From NCBI GenBank assembly GCA_025454255.1, contig JALOOU010000001.1:58316-122315 (forward strand): a stretch of DNA of 64,000 nt, written 5' to 3'. The position numbers were made by a program, and so were the translations under genes. Positions 1-6,459 of the stretch are shown here, one piece after another. Source of the DNA: Desulfobacterales bacterium. GTDB taxonomy: Bacteria; Desulfobacterota; Desulfobacteria; Desulfobacterales; SpSt-501. Numbering within the stretch: position 1 is the stretch's first letter; each line of letters starts with the position of its first letter. The notes under the pieces are model-generated. The model searched no databases. It saw only the letters and a program-made list of their open reading frames with translations, and was not told where the DNA came from.

Positions 1-99
1 GAAATTGTCCCAGATCGAGCTGTTGGCAGGCAAGTTGCTCTCTGTTTGATCAGCAGTACTCGCGGCCGCATCGACTATTACATTCCCGCTGTTTTTCAT
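1..99 (-). CDS. hypothetical protein, 5' end only (runs off window)
   Basis: ATG at 97-99 on the minus strand with GAGGTG about 5 nt upstream. The frame is open to the window edge (MKNSGNVIVDAAASTADQTESNLPANSSIWDNF...). 33 aa is too little to assign a family. Confidence 0.3.
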   Translation of the reverse strand, partial: MKNSGNVIVDAAASTADQTESNLPANSSIWDNF

Positions 100-133
100 A
101 AACACCTCGCCGTCAGGGGGTTAAAAGTTTCTG

Positions 134-166
134 TTGACAAATAGCACGTATTTTGAAAATATCGTG
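134..166 (+). promoter_or_regulatory. putative promoter (-35 TTGACA) overlapped by an imperfect inverted repeat, upstream of the TunR-like gene
   Basis: TTGACA at 134-139. There is a weak -10-like AAATAT at 157-162 with TG at 154-155. The imperfect inverted repeat CACGTATTTT-GA-AAATATCGTG at 145-166 matches 7 of 10 arm positions. Confidence 0.3.
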
Positions 167-262
167 TCTGTTAAGAATTTATCCTATCTGAATGTTCTGT
201 GTCAAGGGCAATTTTAAAAATGGAAGTTTACCCAGCATGAATGGGAAAAGGAGGCCAGACTC

Positions 263-1306
263 GTGATTTTTCCATCCAGCCACGCATCCATTCTGTCCGG
301 CAGACCCGAAAAAGTCATCGATCTGGTCCAGCTCCAACAGCTTGAACAGTCCTTCCGGACATGGGCAGGACCACCATCCGGTGGAAAGCGACAACTATCA
401 AGGCTGCGTATTGTCATAATATTCTTGATAATTCGGTACACTGGCGCACGGCTGAACGAGGTCCTGACGTTAAACCAAGCGGATATCGATTTAAAAAATC
501 AACGAATTCGATTCCGAAAAGAAGGGCAAGAGGGTGGTAGAGAAGTCCAGATACCGGAGCAACTTGCCAATGAGCTGATTTCAGCTATGGACTTACTGCG
601 GTCTCAGAATTTTCCGGGTGAGACTTTCAAAATCGATCCGGCTCATGTCAGGCGCAAGTTTTATGACTGCGCCGATCTGGCCGGCATTCCGCGCGAATTG
701 GGCACCCCTGAAGCCATCCGAAAATCAAGAGCGGTTGAGCTGATGCAGAGCAACGTGCCGCTGCCAGTGGTTCAGAGAATCATGGGGCACTCCACTCCAA
801 GCCTTGCCGCATCCTATGTCAAATTCTCCGAGGAGGAGATTCGCAGGGTGGAGCGTTTCCACCTCGAAAGAGAAACCAAGCGGAAGACGAGCGCCCGCAA
901 CCGGTTTTACGGCAAAATCGAAAAGGTTCACGTCGGGGATGTGCAGGCCAGCATCGAGTTGGTCTCGGTTGAAGGCCATCGGATCATTTCCGTTATTACG
1001 AAGCACAGCCAGAAACAACTTGGCTTAAAACCCGGCAGCCTGATCGGTGCCGAGGTCAAGGCGCCCTGGGTGTTGCTCTACAAGGGGACGGAAGCACCTA
1101 ACTGCACGGCGGAAAACAAGATTATTGGATTAGTCCTCAGGATCTCCAGGGGCAAGATCAACTCGGAGGTTGTCGTCCAGATTTCCGAGCATACCGAGTT
1201 GTGTTCGATCCTGACCGAGAAAAGCCGAACCGATTTAAAAATTATGGAAGGCGATACGGTTTGGGCGGTTTTCAACGCATTCTCGGTCGTGATCAACGTC
1301 GACTGA
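263..1306 (+). CDS. TunR-like regulator: tyrosine-recombinase-fold N-terminal domain fused to two Mop/TOBE molybdate/tungstate-binding domains
   Basis: GTG at 263 with AAAGGAGG 8 nt upstream. The N-terminal ~200 aa carries integrase catalytic-domain motifs (YTGARLNEVLTL, IMGHSTPSLAASYVKF). The C-terminal ~140 aa has two ModE-type Mop repeats (SARNRFYGKIEKVHVGDV..., AENKIIGLVLRISRGKINSEV...). Confidence 0.75.
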   Translation: MIFPSSHASILSGRPEKVIDLVQLQQLEQSFRTWAGPPSGGKRQLSRLRIVIIFLIIRYTGARLNEVLTLNQADIDLKNQRIRFRKEGQEGGREVQIPEQLANELISAMDLLRSQNFPGETFKIDPAHVRRKFYDCADLAGIPRELGTPEAIRKSRAVELMQSNVPLPVVQRIMGHSTPSLAASYVKFSEEEIRRVERFHLERETKRKTSARNRFYGKIEKVHVGDVQASIELVSVEGHRIISVITKHSQKQLGLKPGSLIGAEVKAPWVLLYKGTEAPNCTAENKIIGLVLRISRGKINSEVVVQISEHTELCSILTEKSRTDLKIMEGDTVWAVFNAFSVVINVD

Positions 1307-1389
1307 CCACGGAATGATGGTGAAAGGATCGATTATGGATTGGCTCTATATTCAACCCGGATATTGCGCCGCGATCAGGTATTGACCCC

Positions 1390-1465
1390 AAAAAGCACCC
1401 TTTAAAGATGATCCTGAGTAATTAACCGTGGTCGACCCGCGAGAAAGGGATCATCAAAAGGGTGC
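1390..1465 (-). terminator. long interrupted hairpin followed by a T5 run on the minus strand
   Basis: GCACCCTTTAAAGATGATCC (1395-1414) pairs with GGATCATCAAAAGGGTGC (1448-1465) as 9-bp and 8-bp helices with a small internal loop. The A5 run at 1390-1394 gives UUUUU after the stem on the minus strand. Confidence 0.4.
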
Positions 1466-1799
1466 AAGCACGACACAGCCGAAAAGGCCGTCCGCGTAAC
1501 GTCATCTCCCAAGGAAATGCCAAGATCGCCTTCACCGGAAAAGCGGTCACCTCGCAACCCGGGATGGCGCTGATTTCCCGGGCAAAGGTCCCCGCCGCCC
1601 GATGATTGACCGCCACGCCGCAAATCGCGCACCATGGGATGTCCGCCTGCTCGAGGCATGCGGCCGAACGCGTGCCATCGTCTGCACCGGCTGCCGTGCG
1701 CCAGCCACAAGGCTGTTCGGGGGGCATGGGTGGGGTTGACGGGATGGCCGCCGCATCTTTTAGGGGGCGCTTGACTCGAGGGCATCGGGCGAAGGCCGC

Positions 1800-3101
1800 T
1801 TACAGCGATCCCGCAGCGGTGCCGATAAAACAACCTCCGCCGCCTCCGGCCGAAGAGCCAGGGGTGTCGGCCGGCATTGCGGCCGAGGCCGAGAAAAGCT
1901 CAATTCTATCGTCCCCCGTAGCGGTCATCTGGCCGTTGATGCCCCCGTTCAGATTGATGAAGTCGGACGCCCCCCTCAGATGATCGCGCAACCCGGCGAA
2001 ACGGTCGGGATCGTGTTCGCCGGCGGGACTCCCGCCGAGCGGCAGCAGTACGTGCTTGGCGGCAAAATAGTCGAGGGCCACCGGGTCGGTTCCGGCCAGC
2101 AGCGTATCGGCGCGATAGGTCGCGGAGGGGGGGTACCCGCTCAAACTCTTCGGGCTTACCCAGATGCAGTCGAGAATGTTCAAATCCGGCGCCCGCACAA
2201 GGCTGATCATTTTCCCGCATTGCACGCCCGCTTGGCTGTAGTGGCGAATATCGGTGTAACCGTCGGCCATGGAGAGAATCCCGTAGCAGTGCTTCAGAGC
2301 GCCGGTAATGCCGGTGCCGCCATGGGTTTTCAAAACGGGCAGATTTATCAGCTTCAGGTTGCCATCGAATCCGGACCCGTTCCAGAGCCCCTCGCGCAGC
2401 TCGATGCGGTGTCCGCCGGCCGAAGTAAAACATGGGTACGAAACATCCGCTACACGGCGGTATCCGTCCGTCGTGTGGTCCGAACCCGAAATGAAAGTGC
2501 CGCGAATCGGATCCAGCAGGCAGGCAGAGACCGGGTCGTTCTTGAAAATCGTATTCACCAGATAGTCTACCGTCAGAAGCGTCTCTTTCTCCGCATTCAC
2601 GTGAATGCCGTTGTCGATCTCAGGCCAGGCGGAATAGCTCCCCCAGGCATGCGGGCGGCCGTCGAAGCTGCCCTGGCCCTGGCCGTTCTCGAAGATCACG
2701 ACTTCGCCCGAGAACCCGTCCGGATGCTGCAGCATGCGGTAAATCAACCCCTGCAATACGTCTGTATTGGTGGTGCCGCGGCATTTCCACTGGCAATTAA
2801 CTTTTATGAGCACGACATCGTCGCGGGCGACGATTCCCGCCGGTCCGGCCCATGGGTGCTCTGATTCGCTGCGGTACAGCCTGAGGCCGGTGGCCGCAAG
2901 AAGATCGAACAGGGCGTCGATTCCGCAGTGGCGAAGTCGGCCGTCGTGAACCGGGCAATCCTCAACCAGGTAGACCGCGGACCGGTCCTCACCCGCAGAG
3001 GCCGGATCGCCCCCCGCCCATCTGCCGGCAACGACCAGAGCCCCGGTTGCGGTCAGGGTCCGTATGAATTCGCGACGGCTCAGTAGTGGACGGTGCGCCA
3101 T
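1800..3101 (-). CDS. Tat-signal DUF362 domain protein
   Basis: Start moved to the ATG at 3101 (GAGGAG about 8 nt upstream). Twin-arginine leader LSRREFIRTLTATGALVVAG. DUF362-like motifs VVLIKVNCQW, LINLPVLKTHGGTGITGALKHCYG and LNILDCIWV. The C-terminus is GGGGGCFIGTAAGSL. Confidence 0.8.
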   Translation of the reverse strand: MAHRPLLSRREFIRTLTATGALVVAGRWAGGDPASAGEDRSAVYLVEDCPVHDGRLRHCGIDALFDLLAATGLRLYRSESEHPWAGPAGIVARDDVVLIKVNCQWKCRGTTNTDVLQGLIYRMLQHPDGFSGEVVIFENGQGQGSFDGRPHAWGSYSAWPEIDNGIHVNAEKETLLTVDYLVNTIFKNDPVSACLLDPIRGTFISGSDHTTDGYRRVADVSYPCFTSAGGHRIELREGLWNGSGFDGNLKLINLPVLKTHGGTGITGALKHCYGILSMADGYTDIRHYSQAGVQCGKMISLVRAPDLNILDCIWVSPKSLSGYPPSATYRADTLLAGTDPVALDYFAAKHVLLPLGGSPAGEHDPDRFAGLRDHLRGASDFINLNGGINGQMTATGDDRIELFSASAAMPADTPGSSAGGGGGCFIGTAAGSL

Positions 3102-3211
3102 TTTAGTTTCTCCTCGGAAACGAGTCTTATGTCGACGCTGTCCCCGGCAGCAGGGGAGCTGGGCCCCCAACAAACGATTGTACGATTACCGCTATCGGCG
3201 CCAGGTTTGCA

Positions 3212-3856
3212 TCAGGGCTTCTGCGATGCTTTCAGCTTCGCTGTTCGAGCGCGAAGGCTCTTTTGGTAGGACTCCAGCTGTCGGAACTCCACAATCCTCC
3301 GCCCCCGATCTCGCTCATATTCCCGAATGAATTCTTCAGTCGCAATGAATGGCCCGAAGATGTGTCCAGGCCGGTTTGAGTCGGCGAAAAAGTATTTCTG
3401 GCCGTCGCGTTCGAAGCTCACAAGCCAATGCCGGCGCAGCACATTTCCATCGATGGTTATGGGATTAAACTCGATCATCAGGTAGGTTGCATCACACTGC
3501 GGATCGACCACCCTCAACGTTTCCACTGCAAAACGCGACAGATCGACACACGTGCCTGATTTAGTATCAAATAGCTTAGACGGTGGGTAGATAGTGGGCT
3601 GCCCTTGCCGCGTCACCTGCGTTTCGGAAAGACGCATTGACCGGTTCATGTCATATGAAAAATTCGAGGCGATCCAGGCGTTGATCTCCTCCGGGGTTTT
3701 CCAGGCATGCAGAGCGTCCTGGTATGATGCCAACGTCTCTGATACGGTTGTTGAAACGTCCCTAAGCCCTTTTTCATCCGAAGAACCTTCCGCCGGCAGG
3801 AAACAATCAGACGCCAGCGCCAGGAAAATTAAAATGGGTGCAGATAGTTTCTTCAA
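3212..3856 (-). CDS. secreted transglutaminase-like (Cys-His-Asp) domain protein
   Basis: TTG start at 3856 with GAGGAG 7 nt upstream. Signal peptide MKKLSAPILIFLALASDC. Candidate triad elements are GTCVDLSRF (Cys), RRHWLVSF (His) and YFFADSN (Asp). GC content is lower than in the flanks. Confidence 0.55.
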   Translation of the reverse strand: MKKLSAPILIFLALASDCFLPAEGSSDEKGLRDVSTTVSETLASYQDALHAWKTPEEINAWIASNFSYDMNRSMRLSETQVTRQGQPTIYPPSKLFDTKSGTCVDLSRFAVETLRVVDPQCDATYLMIEFNPITIDGNVLRRHWLVSFERDGQKYFFADSNRPGHIFGPFIATEEFIREYERDRGRRIVEFRQLESYQKSLRARTAKLKASQKP

Positions 3857-4029
3857 GATTCAGCTCCTCGCAGGCAGCAGGACGTTCAACTTCATCCATA
3901 TTCCAAGCCGATACGCTTGGGGATGCGCCGGGGGTTGTTTTTGATGCCCGCCATCCATCAGCCACATCAGCGCGAATATCTCACTCTTTATTACAGCTGG
4001 CGGGGCGCCAGATTCGGCCGCTGCGGTCG

Positions 4030-4482
4030 TCAAACATCGGTCATGAAATAGTTCACCAACAAGTTTTCCCATGCGCCGATATATTCCTCGAACACCTTTT
4101 CGGTGAATTCGGAAACAAACCGCTCCCCATCTTTGGAGAGCGGGATGTATCGGTATGTCACCCGGACATCCGTTCTGCCCGTTTCCAGTTCGACACACTT
4201 GACTGATACCACGCCGATTTTAGCTTCCGGTTCGATCTTGTAGTACTGCACGAAATGGGAAGCGGGGTCATATCGCTTTACGATCCAAATGGCATTTGAA
4301 CTTCCATGATCGTGTTTTCTCGTCGAGAACACATAATCCTCGGACAGCTCGGGTGTTCCCATCATGCTCTCGTAATCCCAGCCCGGAACCCATTTCTTTT
4401 CGCCCTCGGGAGTAAACAACGGGAACAGCGTGTCGATGGGGGCGCATATTTTGAAAGTTTTGGTGTAGCTGATCGGTTTCAT
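4030..4482 (-). CDS. SRPBCC (START/polyketide-cyclase-like) superfamily protein
   Basis: 150-aa ORF with an SRPBCC-like beta-rich pattern (ICAPIDTLFPLFTPEGEKKWVPGWDY ... VRVTYRYIPLS ... IGAWENLL). It lies in the lower-GC patch. Confidence 0.55.
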   Translation of the reverse strand: MKPISYTKTFKICAPIDTLFPLFTPEGEKKWVPGWDYESMMGTPELSEDYVFSTRKHDHGSSNAIWIVKRYDPASHFVQYYKIEPEAKIGVVSVKCVELETGRTDVRVTYRYIPLSKDGERFVSEFTEKVFEEYIGAWENLLVNYFMTDV

Positions 4483-4558
4483 TCGCTTTATGCCAAAAAG
4501 GCGAGCGGGATTTTCAATCGCAACGACGCATCGGAAATTCGGCGGCGCGTTGATAAAT

Positions 4559-5572
4559 TCAGGTCCACACCCCTGTTATCGGCGTCCCGCATTTCACGCA
4601 GCGGCCCTCCTCGAGCCGCACGTTCGCCACCCGGAACCCCCAGCGCTCGATGAGCGCCTCGCCGCAGGCCGGGCAGAAGGTGTTCTCGCCCTCGTCGCCG
4701 GGAACGTTGCCGGTGTAGACGTGCGCGAGGCCGGCCTTCCGCCCGATCCGGCGCGCAGCGCTCAGCGTCTCGACCGGGGTGGGCGGCCGATCGGTCAACC
4801 GGTAGGTGGGGTGGAAGCGGCTGATGTGCCACGGCGTGTCGGGGCCCAGGTCCCGCACCAGAAACTCCGCGAGGGATTTCAGTTCGGCAGGGTCGTCGTT
4901 CAAGCCCGGCACGATGAGGGTCGTCACCTCCACGAACACCCCCAGGGACTTCATGCCCCGCAGGGTCTCCTGGACGTGCTCGAGCTTCGCCCCGCAGACC
5001 TCCGTGTAGTAGCTGCGGTTGAAGGCCTTTAAATCCACGTTGGCGGCGTCCAAAACGGGGGCGATCGTCTCGAGCGCCTCGCGCGTCATGTAGCCGTTGG
5101 TGACAAAGACGTTGTGGATGCCCTGGGCATGGGCCAGGCGGGCGGTCTCCAGGGCGAATTCGAAGAAGACGGTCGGCTCGGTGTAGGTGTAGGCGATGCT
5201 GCGGCACCCGCCGCGGGCGGCCGCCGCCACCACCGCCCGGGCATCGGTGGCCTCGCCCAGGATCCGCCCCCCGCGGTCGGCCGGCATCTGGGCGATGTCC
5301 GCGTTCTGGCAGAAGCGGCAGCGAAAGTTGCAGCCCACGGTGGCGATCGAATAGGAGAGCGATCCAGGCATGAAGTGGAACAGCGGCTTTTTTTCGATCG
5401 GGTCGATGTGGCCGGCGATGAGGCGGCCGTAGACCAGGGTGTGGAGCGTACCGTCCCGGTTCTCGCGCACCCCGCAGATCCCGCGCTTGCCGGCTGGGAT
5501 CAGGCAGCGGTGGCAGCACAGGGCGCACTCGACCCTGCGGTCGCTGCGCTTCTCGTAAAGGAGCGCCTCCAT
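4559..5572 (-). CDS. AmmeMemoRadiSam system radical SAM enzyme
   Basis: N-terminal Cys cluster (ECALCCHRCLIPAGKRGICGVREN), radical SAM CxxxCxxC motif (GCNFRCRFCQN) and C-terminal Cys motifs. Start set at the ATG (MEALLYEK) 8 nt after AAGGAGG; the track start at 5581 is a GTG overlapping the RBS. Confidence 0.85.
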   Translation of the reverse strand: MEALLYEKRSDRRVECALCCHRCLIPAGKRGICGVRENRDGTLHTLVYGRLIAGHIDPIEKKPLFHFMPGSLSYSIATVGCNFRCRFCQNADIAQMPADRGGRILGEATDARAVVAAAARGGCRSIAYTYTEPTVFFEFALETARLAHAQGIHNVFVTNGYMTREALETIAPVLDAANVDLKAFNRSYYTEVCGAKLEHVQETLRGMKSLGVFVEVTTLIVPGLNDDPAELKSLAEFLVRDLGPDTPWHISRFHPTYRLTDRPPTPVETLSAARRIGRKAGLAHVYTGNVPGDEGENTFCPACGEALIERWGFRVANVRLEEGRCVKCGTPITGVWT

Positions 5573-5586
5573 GGCGGCCACCTCCT

Positions 5587-6330
5587 TTATCCCGGCACGG
5601 TCCCCGGGGCCCCGCTGGCCTGGTAGCGCACGGTCAGCGGCCGGGTGCGAAACCGCGGCACCAGTACCACGACCATCCCCACAAAGGCCCCGAACGGGCA
5701 GCGCTGCAGGAGCGTCTGCTCCAGGCTGGCCGCGAATTTGCCCGAGGGCAGGGGCAGTTGGCAGACGCTGCGCCAGGAGATGGGCACATGCCCCACCAGG
5801 TCGTAGATCATGTGCTTGAGCTCCCAGACGCTGAAAAAGCGGGCGTGGTTGTAGATGGAGTGCGTGAACATCCCCTTCACCCAGCGCTCCAGCCCCTTGA
5901 TGGCGTACCGGTTCAGCACCCCGATGAACAACCGGTCCCGCGCCACGCGGCAGGCTTCGGCCAAGGCTTTTTTGGGGTCTTCCACGAATTCCAGGCTGGT
6001 GAAGAGGCAGGCGTGGTTGAAGGAGTTGTCCTCGAAGGGCAGGTCCTCGGCCACGCCGCGGTAGAGGTCGACCCGGTTGCCGACCCGGTGCAGCGCGAGG
6101 TCGAGCATGGTCGTTGACGGGTCGATGCCGGTCACCCTCAACCCCATCTCAACGAAGGCGTTCAGGCAGGCGCCGGTGCCGCAGCCGATGTCCAGAACCG
6201 ACTCGCCGGGGCGCGGCTGGAGCAACTCCCGCAGCAGCTGAATCTCCATCTCGAACGCCAGCCGGTTTTCCGGCTGCTGCATGGACTCTTCGTACGCCGT
6301 GGCGTCGTGGAAATCAAACACATGCCCCAT
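5587..6330 (-). CDS. class I SAM-dependent methyltransferase
   Basis: SAM-binding motif VLDIGCGTGACLNAF and the motif II-like DNSFNHACLFTSLEFV. Confidence 0.8.
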   Translation of the reverse strand: MGHVFDFHDATAYEESMQQPENRLAFEMEIQLLRELLQPRPGESVLDIGCGTGACLNAFVEMGLRVTGIDPSTTMLDLALHRVGNRVDLYRGVAEDLPFEDNSFNHACLFTSLEFVEDPKKALAEACRVARDRLFIGVLNRYAIKGLERWVKGMFTHSIYNHARFFSVWELKHMIYDLVGHVPISWRSVCQLPLPSGKFAASLEQTLLQRCPFGAFVGMVVVLVPRFRTRPLTVRYQASGAPGTVPG

Positions 6331-6459
6331 GGCGGTCAGCTCGGGGAGCCGGCTGGCGCCGGCGGAGGCGGCTCAGGTTCGGTGCGCGGCCGGTCATACG
6401 GCCGCAGGGTGACAAGGCCCCGTCACGGCGCGAGCCAAACGAAGATCGGGGCGGTCGGC

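Noticed and set aside
263-1306. Phage-type integrase, which would imply a mobile element at the window start
   Set aside because: The recombinase-like domain is fused to two Mop/TOBE domains (the TunR-like regulator architecture). I saw no flanking att-like repeats, tRNA, or phage/IS genes.
4488-5626. Several 170-346-aa ORFs overlapping the radical SAM gene in other frames and on the other strand
   Set aside because: The frame with the CxxxCxxC and AmmeMemoRadiSam-type motifs explains the region. The others are Arg/Pro/Gly-rich shadow ORFs.
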